Shown here: positions 11,622 to 23,276 of the stretch, piece by piece
Numbering within the stretch: position 1 is the first letter of the stretch
Layout: each line of letters begins with the position of its first letter
From: Williopsis jadinii
Taxonomy: Eukaryota
Assembly: GCA_024346625.1 (NCBI GenBank)
Contig: AP024668.1
Span: forward strand, 186,001 to 250,000
DNA: 64,000 nt
Direction: 5' to 3'
Position numbers and translations under genes: made by a program
Notes under the pieces: generated by a model
Database searches by the model: none
What the model was told of the DNA's origin: nothing
The model's input: only the letters and a program-made list of their open reading frames with translations

Positions 11622-13157
11622 TTAGACTTCTTCAACCTCATCATCAACAGGCAGGGAGATGTGGTTACGAATACCTGGGACGAAGCTCAACGCGAGGTGA
11701 ATCTTGTTACCAACGTAGAGCGTTGCAACCAGCAGGAAGATGTTGAAACCAGCAAGGATGATGAACGGTGCTCCCATCCAGTAGTCAGCTGAGAATCCTC
11801 CAACCTTTGAGATCAGAAGGATACCCATACCACCGCATAAACTGTACACACCTGAAATGGCACCGTTATGAGCACGGTGCTCATCAGTACACAGTGACAT
11901 TGAAGTGATGATGTGACCAATCTGTGCAGCTCCAAAGAAGCAGACCATCACAATTGCAGCTACACTTCTTGGGTTAGAGGCGAATGCAAGGCCAAACGAT
12001 GAGATGATACCGAACACAGTGGTGAGGATCATGGAGTTCTTGCGTCCAAACTTATCACAGATGTATCCATATACCGGGGCCAAGATCAATGCCACAGTGT
12101 GTGTGATACCCGTTAGGATGGCAGCCTGTATATAAGCCTCTCTACAGTGCTCACCGTTACCAACAGAGCAAATTCCCTTCTTGTAGTAGTACTTGTTGAC
12201 GTACAATGGGATGAACACCGACGTGGCAACCGTTGTGGAGCGAGCAAGGAACCCACCAAAGTACGCCAGAGCAATCTTCTTGTTTCTTGCCTCTGCGAAC
12301 CCCAATTGTAGCAACTGGAAGTATCCCTTCTCCTCATCCTCTCTGGCAAGTGCCTGTTCTTCCTCTTCCAATGCCTCAAGGACATCATCGTAAGGGGTCA
12401 GGTATTTGGATAACAATGGCACTCTAAACTTCTTCTTTGAGAAGAGGCCATATGCCAGTGCTGCAGAAGAGAATACAGCAACGACACCGACAATCACGTA
12501 GGAGTGTTTCAGGGCCTGTTTTGGGGGCTCAATGTTACCCAGCTTTGCTGGCAGAGGTAGATATACACCTACTGAGAACACTGCACCCAATCCAGTAGCA
12601 ATTCCAATAACAGAGGTCAACTTCCCGTTTCTCTTGGAAGCTGGGTCGTCAGCAAAGTCACTATGTTGGTTGGGGGTTTCTTCAGCTTCACCATCACCTT
12701 GCTCCAAGATCTGGACAGGAGTCTTCCACTGGAACAAGGACTTCAGATCGAACCCAGAAGAGCTCAGCTCGGCAAGCATCGCAGTCATCATGGAGGCAGC
12801 AGCGGTGGCTGCGAATGCAAAGAACAATCTCAAGATGAGGAGGTCTGGGTAGACAGTCTTAGCCAGAGTGTACAGCATCAGAGAGATACCAATGGCAAAC
12901 ACACCGGCAGAGGAGATGTATTTGGCCCCAACTTTATCACTCAGGGCACCCAGGAATGGACTCACGGCCATTGAGACCAGTTCATCCGCAACACCCAAGG
13001 TGCCGATATAATCCCCAATCTTGTCAGTGACACCAAGGACATCTGTGAGGAAGAAGGGTTGCGTTGATGTGAGAAACACAACGAACGAGATGGTGGAGAA
13101 GCATGCAAACGCAAATGCCAGAAAGTTCAGTCTCGTGTACTTTGGCGCAGATGGCAT
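11622..13157 (-). CDS. MFS transporter of unknown substrate (511 aa, ~12 TM)
   Basis: MFS motif A in both halves (GALSDKVGAK; GYICDKFGRK) and multiple hydrophobic helices. Confidence 0.8.
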   Translation of the reverse strand: MPSAPKYTRLNFLAFAFACFSTISFVVFLTSTQPFFLTDVLGVTDKIGDYIGTLGVADELVSMAVSPFLGALSDKVGAKYISSAGVFAIGISLMLYTLAKTVYPDLLILRLFFAFAATAAASMMTAMLAELSSSGFDLKSLFQWKTPVQILEQGDGEAEETPNQHSDFADDPASKRNGKLTSVIGIATGLGAVFSVGVYLPLPAKLGNIEPPKQALKHSYVIVGVVAVFSSAALAYGLFSKKKFRVPLLSKYLTPYDDVLEALEEEEQALAREDEEKGYFQLLQLGFAEARNKKIALAYFGGFLARSTTVATSVFIPLYVNKYYYKKGICSVGNGEHCREAYIQAAILTGITHTVALILAPVYGYICDKFGRKNSMILTTVFGIISSFGLAFASNPRSVAAIVMVCFFGAAQIGHIITSMSLCTDEHRAHNGAISGVYSLCGGMGILLISKVGGFSADYWMGAPFIILAGFNIFLLVATLYVGNKIHLALSFVPGIRNHISLPVDDEVEEV

Positions 13158-13547
13158 CGTTATAGAGCTCAGTTAATTCTGCGTAACAAGACTCGCTGCT
13201 GTTGGTGCAAAAGACTTAAACGTTGAAGAGTCAAAGGGGAAAGGATCTTTTCAAATTGTCCCAATTTCCCGAACCGCAATGCCTGATGTAATTAACTATC
13301 TCCAATGGGGCAAGAGAGAGGTTACAGGAGCCCAGATGCACTTCATTTGCTTAATTTTGACACCCCAGAAGCCCTGTTAAACCACCGTGTACAGGGTACA
13401 TCGTATCGGAGAACGCAACGGGTAAAATCGATAAGGCCGAAAAAGCCGATGGTGCTGCGCCTACCAGTGGTCGTGGCCACAACAATCAAAGGAAGCGGTT
13501 GTCGTGGAAACGCAAACACCTTCATCTGTTGTTGTGTTGTTTCTGCT

Positions 13548-13669
13548 TAACATCCAAACACCCACACAAAGACGCGTGTTTGTTGCTTCCCAAACAACCC
13601 ATTTTTGTAGCTCGAGAGAAAAATAAACAAATAAACAAACAAACAAACAAAGCAGTGTCGTTAGCCGCC
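13548..13669 (+). promoter_or_regulatory. SMC2 promoter: Rap1-like TAACATCCAAACACCCACAC (13548-13567), MCB ACGCGT (13572-13577), URS1 TAGCCGCC (13662-13669)
   Basis: Consensus motifs read directly. Confidence 0.5.
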
Positions 13670-13698
13670 ACGAGAGAACCACAACTTCACAACCAAAC

Positions 13699-16600
13699 AT
13701 GCACGTTGAAGAACTCATCATCGATGGCTTCAAGTCGTACGCGACGAGAACTGTCATTTCCGGGTGGGATCCGCAGTTCAACTCCATCACTGGGTTAAAC
13801 GGTTCCGGTAAATCGAACATTCTTGACGCCATCTGCTTCGTGCTTGGTATCTCGTCGATGGCTACTGTGAGGGCGTCGAACTTGCAAGACTTGATCTACA
13901 AGAGAGGACAGGCAGGTGTGACGAAGGCGAGTGTCACCATTGTTTTCGACAACACTGATGCGTCCAAGTCACCCATCGGGTTTGAGACGGTTCCCAAGAT
14001 CTCTGTGACCAGACAGATCGTTCTAGGCGGTACCAGCAAGTACCTGATCAACGGTCATAGGGCACAGCAGCAAGCTGTGCTGCACTTGTTCCAGTCTGTT
14101 CAGTTGAACATCAATAACCCGAACTTTTTGATTATGCAAGGAAAGATCACAAAGGTGTTGAACATGAAGCCTGCGGAGATCTTGTCGTTGATTGAAGAGG
14201 CTGCGGGCACAAAGATGTTCGAGGATCGTAAGGACAAGGCTGAAAAGACCATGGCGAAGAAGGAGACTAAGCTTCAAGAGATCCGAGCACTCTTGGCGGA
14301 GGAGATTGAGCCAAAGTTGGACAAGTTGAGGAATGAAAAGAGAACTTTCCTCGAGTTTCAACAAACGCAGTCAGACTTGGAGAAACTCTCGCGTGTGGTG
14401 AACGCGCACGATTTTGCCAAGTTGTCAAAACGTCACCATGGACTAAAGCAACAATTCGATTCGCAACTCACCTCTTTGAAAAACGGTGATAATGAGATTG
14501 CTAGGTTGGAGAATGAAATAGCACATTTGACTGAGGATTTGGACAAGATCAAAGAGGAGAGGGAGAAATATGCAACCAAGGGTAACAAGTTGAAAGAGTT
14601 GGAAAAGAAGTATTCTGAGCTGTCAAAATCCCTTGCCAGACTAAACACTTCCAAGAGACTCAACATTGAAAGTTTGAGCGATGAGGAAAATAGAAAGGCG
14701 AATATCGTTGAACAGATCAAGAAGTTTGAAGCTGATTTGGACCGCAATAAATCACGTCATAAGAAACTCGAGGAAGAGTACAACGCTAAAAAATCCGAGC
14801 TTGATGACCTCAAATCAAAATTCTCTAAGAAGGAAGAGTTGCTTTCAACTTTAACTACAGGTATCTCTTCGAAGGGCCAATCTGGAGGTGGTTATTCTGC
14901 ACATCTTCAGGAGGAGAAGCAAAAATTGTCAAATACCAACGTGTCCATTGAACAGTTGAAACTTAAGTTAAACCACTTACAAGCTGAAAACAAATCCAAT
15001 GAGCCAAAACTGACAGAGGCCAAACGTGAGTATGAAGTGCTCGTCCAAAAACTCGAGTCGCTTAAATCGAAGAGAGAAAGTTTAGAACAGAAGTTACAAA
15101 GCTTGGGTTTTGATCCTCAAAGACAAAGGGAATTGAAAGAGCGTGAAACGCAAATTAACAGGGAGTTACACAAGATTACAGGCGATGTGAATTTCCTCAA
15201 GAGAAAGGTTGCAAATTTGGAGTTTACATACTCTAAACCAAGTGCGAACTTTAACGATTCATCTGTTAAAGGTGTTGTGGCACAATTATTCCGTATAGAT
15301 GAAAACAACATGGAATATTCCACTGCGTTGGAAGTTGCTGCTGGTGGTAGACTATACAACGTTGTTGTGGATAACGAGAATACCGCCTCACAACTACTAG
15401 AAAGAGGACAATTGAGAAGACGTGTTACGATCATTCCATTAAACAAAATTGCTGCTCGCACATTAGCTGAGAAGCAGGTTCATGTCGCCAAGGAACTGTG
15501 TCCAGGTAAGGTCGAACTGGCATTAAACTTGATTGGTTATGAAGCCGAAGTTTCCAAAGCCATGGAGTTTATCTTTGGTACCAGATTAATTTGCAAGGAT
15601 GCCGAGACAGCCAATAAGGTTACATTTCATCCGCAAGTTAGATGCAGAAGTATCACTCTCCAAGGTGATATATATGATCCAGAAGGTACTCTCTCTGGAG
15701 GCTCTAAGAGAAATGGTGGCTCGTTGTTGATGAACATCCAGCAATATAACAAAGTCCATGATCAAATGCTCCAAAGACAGGAAGACCTAAACTCTGTTCA
15801 GGCCGAGCTTCGCCAGTTGAACGACTTATCACAGAATACAAAATCTGTTCAGAACGAACTTAATTTGACTTCCCATCAAATCCAACTTGCCGAAAAGGAA
15901 TTGAAGACAAACGTTGCAAGTCAGCTCTTGCAAAGATTTGAAACCAACAACAAGGATATTGAAGAGTTGAAGAATACTATCAATCATAAGACTGAATCCA
16001 TTAAACAAATATCGGCTGAGATCCAAAAGATCGAGCTTGATATAAAGGAATTTAACAACAACAAAGGTTCTAAGTTGAAAGAGCTCGAGAATGAGATCCA
16101 AAAACTCCGGGGAGAGATTCCTAAACTCGAAATGCAATTGGATAAAGCCGAAGACAACTTCCAGACGTCACAGATCGAAATTGAACAACTAAGCTCCGAA
16201 TTGCAAGCTTCAAAGGATTCCATTTCTGAGGTTGATGCCAACATCAAGGATCTTTCTCAACAAACAAAGGTGCTCGAGAAGGAGATACGTGAAAAGAGTG
16301 CTGTGTTTGATGCTGTTGATGCTGAAGTAAAAACTGAAAAGCAAAGTCAACTGGGTCTTGATGAGGAATTCAACGAATTGAACAAAGCTTTGAAGGTCAA
16401 AACTCAAATGTTGAATGACATCAAATTGAGCTCACAAAAACTATCACACGAAGTACAGAAATTGGAGGGTTCCGTTAAGGCGCTTGCGCAGCGTTTGGAG
16501 GAGCTTGTTGAGGAGAACAATTGGCTTTCAGATGAGAATATAGTTGACGCAATTATCCAGGAGTATCCTGATGTTGATCTCAATGAATTGAAGCAGAGGG

Positions 16601-17211
16601 TTGCTCAATTACACGAGAGGTTCCAATCGATGCATAGAAAGGTCAACCCAAACATTATGAGTATGATCGACAACGTTGAAAAGAAGGAGACCTCTTTGAA
16701 ACAGATGATCAAGACCATCGAGAAAGATAAGTCTAAAATTGAAGAGACCATAGTGACCTTGAACGAGTACAAGAGAGATACCTTGATCAAAACGTGGGAG
16801 AAAGTCAGTGCGGACTTTGGTCAGGTGTTTGGCGATCTACTACCAAACTCATTCTCCAGACTTGAACCTCCGGAGGGAAAGGACATCACCGAAGGTCTTG
16901 AAGTTAAGGTTAGACTTGGAAACGTTTGGAAAGAGTCTCTTGTCGAATTGTCCGGTGGTCAGAGATCATTGATTGCACTCTCATTGATTCTTGCATTGCT
17001 TCAGTTCAAGCCGGCACCGATGTATATATTGGATGAGGTCGATGCCGCACTTGATCTCTCACACACCCAAAACATCGGCCATTTGATCAAGACTCGTTTT
17101 AAAGGGTCTCAGTTTATCATTGTTTCCTTAAAGGAGGGTATGTTTACAAACGCAAATAGAATCTTCAGAACAAGATTCCAGGACGGTACATCTGTTGTGA
17201 GTGTTATGTGA
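13699..17211 (+). CDS. SMC2: Condensin SMC ATPase subunit Smc2 (1170 aa)
   Basis: MHVEELIIDGFKSYATRT, Walker A GLNGSGKS, hinge GGRLYNVVV, signature LSGGQRS, Walker B YILDEVDAALD. Confidence 0.97.
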   Translation: MHVEELIIDGFKSYATRTVISGWDPQFNSITGLNGSGKSNILDAICFVLGISSMATVRASNLQDLIYKRGQAGVTKASVTIVFDNTDASKSPIGFETVPKISVTRQIVLGGTSKYLINGHRAQQQAVLHLFQSVQLNINNPNFLIMQGKITKVLNMKPAEILSLIEEAAGTKMFEDRKDKAEKTMAKKETKLQEIRALLAEEIEPKLDKLRNEKRTFLEFQQTQSDLEKLSRVVNAHDFAKLSKRHHGLKQQFDSQLTSLKNGDNEIARLENEIAHLTEDLDKIKEEREKYATKGNKLKELEKKYSELSKSLARLNTSKRLNIESLSDEENRKANIVEQIKKFEADLDRNKSRHKKLEEEYNAKKSELDDLKSKFSKKEELLSTLTTGISSKGQSGGGYSAHLQEEKQKLSNTNVSIEQLKLKLNHLQAENKSNEPKLTEAKREYEVLVQKLESLKSKRESLEQKLQSLGFDPQRQRELKERETQINRELHKITGDVNFLKRKVANLEFTYSKPSANFNDSSVKGVVAQLFRIDENNMEYSTALEVAAGGRLYNVVVDNENTASQLLERGQLRRRVTIIPLNKIAARTLAEKQVHVAKELCPGKVELALNLIGYEAEVSKAMEFIFGTRLICKDAETANKVTFHPQVRCRSITLQGDIYDPEGTLSGGSKRNGGSLLMNIQQYNKVHDQMLQRQEDLNSVQAELRQLNDLSQNTKSVQNELNLTSHQIQLAEKELKTNVASQLLQRFETNNKDIEELKNTINHKTESIKQISAEIQKIELDIKEFNNNKGSKLKELENEIQKLRGEIPKLEMQLDKAEDNFQTSQIEIEQLSSELQASKDSISEVDANIKDLSQQTKVLEKEIREKSAVFDAVDAEVKTEKQSQLGLDEEFNELNKALKVKTQMLNDIKLSSQKLSHEVQKLEGSVKALAQRLEELVEENNWLSDENIVDAIIQEYPDVDLNELKQRVAQLHERFQSMHRKVNPNIMSMIDNVEKKETSLKQMIKTIEKDKSKIEETIVTLNEYKRDTLIKTWEKVSADFGQVFGDLLPNSFSRLEPPEGKDITEGLEVKVRLGNVWKESLVELSGGQRSLIALSLILALLQFKPAPMYILDEVDAALDLSHTQNIGHLIKTRFKGSQFIIVSLKEGMFTNANRIFRTRFQDGTSVVSVM

Positions 17212-17253
17212 TCTATTGTATAATACAAGTTTATATAATAATCTCTGTAACAC

Positions 17254-20200
17254 TTAGTAAACCTCCAAGATGTAACGGGAGTTCTCCTTCATCTCCTCAA
17301 CCTCCTTGGCAGCATCAACCTCAACACCTCTCTCCTTGGCTTCTTCGGCAACAATGTCCTCCAAAGCAGCAGTGACATCAGGAACTGGCCAGACTGGACC
17401 ACACAAGTAGAAGGAACCGTTCTTCTTAACAATACACTCCTTGAGTTCAGGCAATGTCTGTCTGATACGGTCTTGGATGTAGATCTTCTCTGGTTGATCT
17501 CTGGAGAAGGCAGCACCAATGTGGGTGATGATACCAGCAGCCTTGTAAGCCTCCCACAATTCTCCATACAGGTATTCTTCCTTTCTGTGTCTAGCACCCA
17601 GGTAGAGGAAGATCTCACCAATCTCCATGCCTTGCTCCTTCTGCCAGATCTTCTCCTCGACAAAGGCCTTGAATGGAGCCAAACCGGTACCCAGTCCACT
17701 CATGACAATTGGCTGTGTGGACAGTGGTGGCAGCTTCATGACGGATGGCTTGACAGAAACAACAAGCTCGGTGCCGATAGCCAACTCGGACAGATACTTG
17801 GAACACTGACCGAATCTCTTACGCTTTCTGGCATCGACCCAGTCGACAACGACAATCAACAGGTGAACAGCATTTGGATGCATCTTCTGAGAGGAAGCGA
17901 TGGAGTACTCTCTTCTCTTCAAAGGTGGGACCAAGGACACCAACTCCTCGACTGATGGTCTGGCTGATGGGAAGAGCTCAAAGATGTCAGTGTAGCTGTA
18001 GAACTCGACGTCTTGGAACTTCTTGAGCAGCTCGACACCTTCAGCAGAACCCAGGGTCTCCAGCTGCTTTCTCTCCTTCTCCTCCGTGGCGAATGGAGCC
18101 AAGGTCTCATAGAATCTCTTTGCTGGCTTACCCAACAAGTCCAGGTTCTCGGTGAAAGCTTGGAAAATAGTTCTTGTCTCAACCAGATCGTTGTTGTCCT
18201 TGTTTGGAACCTGGATCAAAGCGTTTGGATCCAAGCCATACAACTCGATGAACTTGTTGATCTCCTCGGTGTTGTTTCTACTGTGAACACCAAGAGCTTC
18301 ACCAATATCGTAGGTCAAGCCGGTACCAGAAATATCAAACTCGATGTGGAAAATGTTTCTGGAATAGTCAGATGGGGTGACACGACGGTTCTCTTGCACC
18401 TTGACGACAAAGTTACGGACTGGCAGGTCAGGTCTGAGGTTGTTAGTGGTGTTGAAAGATTCGCTGAATGCCAACTTCTTAGCAACATCAACATAGGAGG
18501 AGATCTCTGGCACCTCGGCTTCTGGAGTGAATCTTGGGTTGGCTTCGAATGAAGATTCGTTGACAAAGACTGGCAATGAAACCTCATTTTCCTCCAATGG
18601 CAACTCAGCCCATTTGGAGTCGACAGCGAACTCCTTGATACCCTTAGGGAAGACAGTCTCCTCAACAATAGATGTCAAGACAGCAGCCAAAAGCTCAATC
18701 TCAGAGCCAGCAGATTGCCACAAGGTTCTCACGATGTCGTTGATGTTTAGCTGTGGAGCAGCGTACTTCCAGAACACAGCTTGAATGGCAATCAAACCGG
18801 TACGGCCCTGAGCCTCTGGCAGTTCACCAATCGCAGTCAAGTCAAGGAACACCAACTTGTTCTCGTTCTTAGCAACGTTACGACGGAATTGAGCTGGCAG
18901 TTTCTCGATGAATTCGTTCAAATCAGCTGGCAACTCCTCTTGAGCAATGATGATGGTTCCTTGTGGCTTGAGAGTCTTGACAACGTTGAAGTTCTCCAAG
19001 ACTTGCTTACCGTCAACAACGATCAAGTCAGCTGCATCAATCTCACCAACAACTGGGGCAGAGGTGGAGACAGACAGTTGGGCTTGGTAGATTCCACCAG
19101 CTGGCTCGTTGTCAAACTTGGTTCTGAAGTTGAGGTTGACATTAGCATCGAGAGAGAAAGCGTGTGCAATCTTGGAAGAAGCATTGATGTATTTGCTGTT
19201 GTCCAACGACCAGAAAATGAATTCACCTTGTGGGACAGTGGAAGCACCGTTGGTTTCACCCTTGGACTCCTTCTTTGGAATGATAACAAAGGAGTTGACA
19301 ATCTGCTCCACTGCAATGGCAGACCAAACAAAGGTTGGAGAGTAGATGAACTCGGAAACTTTGTACTTTGATGACAAACCATTCAAGAAAACAGTAGCAT
19401 TGACGTTGCTCTTCAAGAGAGAAGATGAGTTGTTCAAAGATTGTCCAATAACAGTCAAAGTTTGGGTGGTTTGTGGAATCACAGAGAGGAAGGACTCAGA
19501 GTCGAATGGCAATGGGATTCTGGTAGCAATAACACCAATCTTCAGGTCATGCTCCTTGGAGATCTTGACGATTTCAGTGGTGAAGAGTTCAGACTCGACG
19601 GAACCGTAAACGACAAAGACATTGGTTGGTTGCTCGTGACCATAGTATTCGAATGGCTTGTAAGAAGTACCAAAAACACCGTTAAGGGAGTCCAAAGCAG
19701 CAGAAGGTCTCTTTGAGACTGGCAAAGCTTCCCAAGCTGGGATAGCAGCAACCAATTGGTCATAGGCATGTGACAACTTGTCCTGAGTAACAACGTTATC
19801 AACTCTAGCAGACTCTCTGATATAGGTTGGACCGTCAAACAAGTTCACAGAAGATTGGAGGTTTGCGTAAGCAAGTGACAACAGGGTGATGTGCTGAACC
19901 TCGTTGATAGACAACGGAGTGAAGACGGTGTAGTTCAAGTCGTTTGCAAAGTTCAACGGAGTGACATAGTTTGAAACCAAGGTACCGGAGTGATCGTCGT
20001 AGTCCAACGCAGAGACTTGCAAGGATAACAGCTTCTCTTGCGAGGCAGACTTCAAAGTTGGCTCGAAATAAGGCAATGAGGCACCTGTGGTGACCAATGG
20101 GATGACTTGGTCCTTCTTAGCATTGGACAGATAACCCAAGATGGCATTACCAGCACCAGATCTCACCTCCAGGTTTGAGACAGATGGGACAGCTCCCTTG

Positions 20201-20451
20201 CCGTTCTTTCTCTGCAAAGTGGCCCACAACTTGAGTGAAGCATCAAGTGCGTCCTTGTTACCGATGGCTTGGTAAGTGAAGATCTTCTGAACTGATGAGT
20301 ACACCGCAGAGGAGTTCAAAGTGGCTGCTGTTGTGTACACAGTTCCTTGGATGGCAGCAGGGTCCTTTGGGAAGCCGAATGGGGCTGTGATGGAAGCTGA
20401 CGAGAGCTTCTCAGACTCACTACGAATGGAATCAGCGATTGAAATGGCCAT
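17254..20451 (-). CDS. MET10: Sulfite reductase flavoprotein alpha subunit
   Basis: RREYSIASS, GQCSKYL, MSGLGTGLAPF, C-terminal RYILEVY; convergent with SMC2 as in S. cerevisiae. Confidence 0.95.
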   Translation of the reverse strand: MAISIADSIRSESEKLSSASITAPFGFPKDPAAIQGTVYTTAATLNSSAVYSSVQKIFTYQAIGNKDALDASLKLWATLQRKNGKGAVPSVSNLEVRSGAGNAILGYLSNAKKDQVIPLVTTGASLPYFEPTLKSASQEKLLSLQVSALDYDDHSGTLVSNYVTPLNFANDLNYTVFTPLSINEVQHITLLSLAYANLQSSVNLFDGPTYIRESARVDNVVTQDKLSHAYDQLVAAIPAWEALPVSKRPSAALDSLNGVFGTSYKPFEYYGHEQPTNVFVVYGSVESELFTTEIVKISKEHDLKIGVIATRIPLPFDSESFLSVIPQTTQTLTVIGQSLNNSSSLLKSNVNATVFLNGLSSKYKVSEFIYSPTFVWSAIAVEQIVNSFVIIPKKESKGETNGASTVPQGEFIFWSLDNSKYINASSKIAHAFSLDANVNLNFRTKFDNEPAGGIYQAQLSVSTSAPVVGEIDAADLIVVDGKQVLENFNVVKTLKPQGTIIIAQEELPADLNEFIEKLPAQFRRNVAKNENKLVFLDLTAIGELPEAQGRTGLIAIQAVFWKYAAPQLNINDIVRTLWQSAGSEIELLAAVLTSIVEETVFPKGIKEFAVDSKWAELPLEENEVSLPVFVNESSFEANPRFTPEAEVPEISSYVDVAKKLAFSESFNTTNNLRPDLPVRNFVVKVQENRRVTPSDYSRNIFHIEFDISGTGLTYDIGEALGVHSRNNTEEINKFIELYGLDPNALIQVPNKDNNDLVETRTIFQAFTENLDLLGKPAKRFYETLAPFATEEKERKQLETLGSAEGVELLKKFQDVEFYSYTDIFELFPSARPSVEELVSLVPPLKRREYSIASSQKMHPNAVHLLIVVVDWVDARKRKRFGQCSKYLSELAIGTELVVSVKPSVMKLPPLSTQPIVMSGLGTGLAPFKAFVEEKIWQKEQGMEIGEIFLYLGARHRKEEYLYGELWEAYKAAGIITHIGAAFSRDQPEKIYIQDRIRQTLPELKECIVKKNGSFYLCGPVWPVPDVTAALEDIVAEEAKERGVEVDAAKEVEEMKENSRYILEVY

Positions 20452-20560
20452 CCTTGTTCAGTGTGAGCGTTTTACTATGGGGAACAGTAGCAGGAATGTG
20501 GTGAAAGTGGAAAGTTGATGGAAAATTCTTCGAGGACTTTGAAGTCGATGCTTATGAGCA

Positions 20561-20632
20561 CTAGCCACACACATTCGTATACATTTCACGTGACTTGTGG
20601 CTCGAACACGAATTTCTTTTGCCATGTGTGGC
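20561..20632. promoter_or_regulatory. Sulfur-regulon promoter: Cbf1 site TCACGTGAC (20586-20594) with TGTGGC (Met31/32-like) cores
   Basis: TCACGTGACTTGTGGC, GTGTGGC and GCCACAC upstream of MET10. Confidence 0.65.
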
Positions 20633-20918
20633 TTATGGCCTATGGCTTGTGAAATTTTTTTCTTCATGCGCCACGTCTTTCTGAAAATAGAAGAATTATG
20701 GCTTATCGCCCCGATTGGGTAATGTCTGTGGCGTATGATATCTTCTTGTTTCCTCCGCTGGTGTGCCTGTTGCCCTGGTTAAATCAATCTATAACCTTGT
20801 TACCCAAAGGAACAAAAAAAGAAATAAACCGTACATCAAAATCTGTCAAAACGAGAACGATTTCATCCCCTTTCCCATACTTTACAATCATCAAAAGAGT
20901 CAAAGGAGGTTTGCTAAG

Positions 20919-23276
20919 ATGGTTTCGAAGCCTTTGAGAGAACTACGGCTCTCAATAATCGGTGATAATGACGAGAAGTTACAACTGTTAAGGAGCTCAG
21001 AGGACATGGACTATCTCTTTTCAGTGCTTCAACATGCCATTGAGTCTGAAGACATGCTTGGGAAGGATGAGCAGCTGGAACTGCACCAGGTTCTGATCAT
21101 TTTGTACTCCCTCACACTGTATCCAATGGCCATCAACAGTCCAAGGTTGAAAACCGAACTTCTTGCCAAATTAGCGAACATTGCTATTAGACGCCATTCA
21201 GAAGGCGATGGCACTATCTTATCGCTCGTGTGTCAAGTGATGACGAATGTTATGTCCAGATTCAACGAGGTCCATCTCGATGTGTACGATGGTAACAGTG
21301 TGTCCTTTGTTCAGGTTCTCTACGAGAAGCTGGTCAACTTTGACATTGACGATCCTTATCTCTTACACATCTTAGCCCTGGTACCTCATTTGCATCCCTT
21401 GGAGTACCAGGGCCTTGTCAAGCCACTCGTATCAGCGTTGAACTTTGTTGCTAAAGACAGCCTGGGACTGATCTCTTCCAGATATGCGGATTTGGATGTT
21501 TATATCCAATGCTATGACCATGAAGTTTTGCCCAGTTGTCTTGACCTTTGTGCCAATTCCGAATCCACGGTGAGACTGTTAAGTCTATTACTCTTTTCTC
21601 TATGTCATTTGCTATACCAAGACCAAGATCTCATAAATAAGAAGGACCAAGCGAATGAAGTGGAGAATATCGTCGACCCTATTGACGGCGTGCTATCCAA
21701 AGAGGTTTATTTCATGTTGACATGCTTCCTAAAGGGAGCTAAGAACTATGAACTCAAGCTCAGTTGCATCTCAACATTGATGAACTTTTCAACACACTCT
21801 CGTTTGAACGAACAGTCCAAGCATGCAAACATCCGTAAGCTCTTACCTAGTTTAATTGAGCTGATAAAATTGGATGATGAAGACGGTTCACACGAAGAAG
21901 TTCATTACAAGAAACAACCAAGTTGGCTGAGAAGACGGTATAACCCGTTTTATCTTCTTTCCAAGTTATGCCTTCAATTTGAATTTGTCAATGGATTCTT
22001 GTTCGACTGTAATTTGATTCTCAAGTTCTGTGATATCATTGATGAAAACTTTATAAAGCTGAAGTTTGACGATGCCGATGAGTACGAGCTGAACAAGTTA
22101 AGTGACGTGTTCCTCATATTGAGCTCTGTTACGTCAAAGAATGAGGTCAATCGTAAAGCTGTATTGGATGACGACTTGGTCAATATGATTGAACGAGTAT
22201 TATCATTTCACGTTGTCAATTTAAAGAAATTTGATCAGGAAGCCATTGGTGAAGAAGAGATGGCTGTATCTAACCAATTGGCACTTTCAACTTGCTACCT
22301 CTTGAGGTCTTTATCACGTTCCGTCTCTAATTTAAGGACCTATCTGAGTGAAATGGATGTCATTGCGAACATGTTGGATATACTACAATTCCAAATTTCA
22401 AAAAGAACCGACGTAAGCTCGAGTATCTTGAAAGGTGAGAACTTGTTGAAGACCGTTGTACTCTCGATCTGTGCCAACTTGGTTTTGGACTTCAGTCCAA
22501 TGCGTAAGAAGTTGTTGAGCTGTGAAGGTGATAAATTCTTGAAGATTTTGGGTGATCTGTTGAATGACTCTCAAGGAAGCGACGAGAACAATGACATTGA
22601 CAATGACTCCATTTTGATCAACTCATTATACGTTGTACGCCATATATTCTACCATGAGAAGGACCTGGAAGTACTCAACAAAGTGGTATCGATGATAGGG
22701 TACGATGGCCTCATCAACTTGTGCAAGCATCGGAACGTCAAAGTTGGTGAACAGGCGTTGAACGTGTTGAGAAACTTGACCTGTCACGATTCACAAATGA
22801 AAGCTGTATTAGAGGCACTGAACACGGACGATGCGTTCTTCCAATTCCTACAGCAGGAACTTTGTGATAAGATACTACGAAAGGAGAACAACATACTGGA
22901 ATGCCTCGTGTACATCATTGTTAACGTCTCGGCTATTGATGAGGAGAGAAGGGATTTGATTGTTCAACACCCAGAGATCTTAAGGGCTATTTACGACATC
23001 TTGAGCACCACGAAGAACGAGTCGTTGACGGTTGCATGTCTATGGGTGGTGATTAACCTCGGCTGGCTGGATAACGTTCAACAGAGATCAGGTGAAAGCA
23101 TGAACTTCTTCCAATCTATGGGCACCAGTAGTAACGGTGACCCAGCTGTTGGCGGGCGCAGCAGAGTTCTGAAGGAGATGGGATTCACGCTACTCATACG
23201 CAGAGTGCTAGATGAGACTGAATCGCTGGATGTTAAAGAGAGAGGAAGCATTGCACTGACAAACCTCGAGAGATAA
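20919..23276 (+). CDS. VID28: Armadillo-repeat GID complex subunit Vid28/Gid5; first ATG 20919 (track start is GTG)
   Basis: LRELRLSIIG, CYLLRSLSRSVSNLRT, ANLVLDFSPMR, EQALNVLRNLTC; lies next to SNL1 as in S. cerevisiae. Confidence 0.8.
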   Translation: MVSKPLRELRLSIIGDNDEKLQLLRSSEDMDYLFSVLQHAIESEDMLGKDEQLELHQVLIILYSLTLYPMAINSPRLKTELLAKLANIAIRRHSEGDGTILSLVCQVMTNVMSRFNEVHLDVYDGNSVSFVQVLYEKLVNFDIDDPYLLHILALVPHLHPLEYQGLVKPLVSALNFVAKDSLGLISSRYADLDVYIQCYDHEVLPSCLDLCANSESTVRLLSLLLFSLCHLLYQDQDLINKKDQANEVENIVDPIDGVLSKEVYFMLTCFLKGAKNYELKLSCISTLMNFSTHSRLNEQSKHANIRKLLPSLIELIKLDDEDGSHEEVHYKKQPSWLRRRYNPFYLLSKLCLQFEFVNGFLFDCNLILKFCDIIDENFIKLKFDDADEYELNKLSDVFLILSSVTSKNEVNRKAVLDDDLVNMIERVLSFHVVNLKKFDQEAIGEEEMAVSNQLALSTCYLLRSLSRSVSNLRTYLSEMDVIANMLDILQFQISKRTDVSSSILKGENLLKTVVLSICANLVLDFSPMRKKLLSCEGDKFLKILGDLLNDSQGSDENNDIDNDSILINSLYVVRHIFYHEKDLEVLNKVVSMIGYDGLINLCKHRNVKVGEQALNVLRNLTCHDSQMKAVLEALNTDDAFFQFLQQELCDKILRKENNILECLVYIIVNVSAIDEERRDLIVQHPEILRAIYDILSTTKNESLTVACLWVVINLGWLDNVQQRSGESMNFFQSMGTSSNGDPAVGGRSRVLKEMGFTLLIRRVLDETESLDVKERGSIALTNLER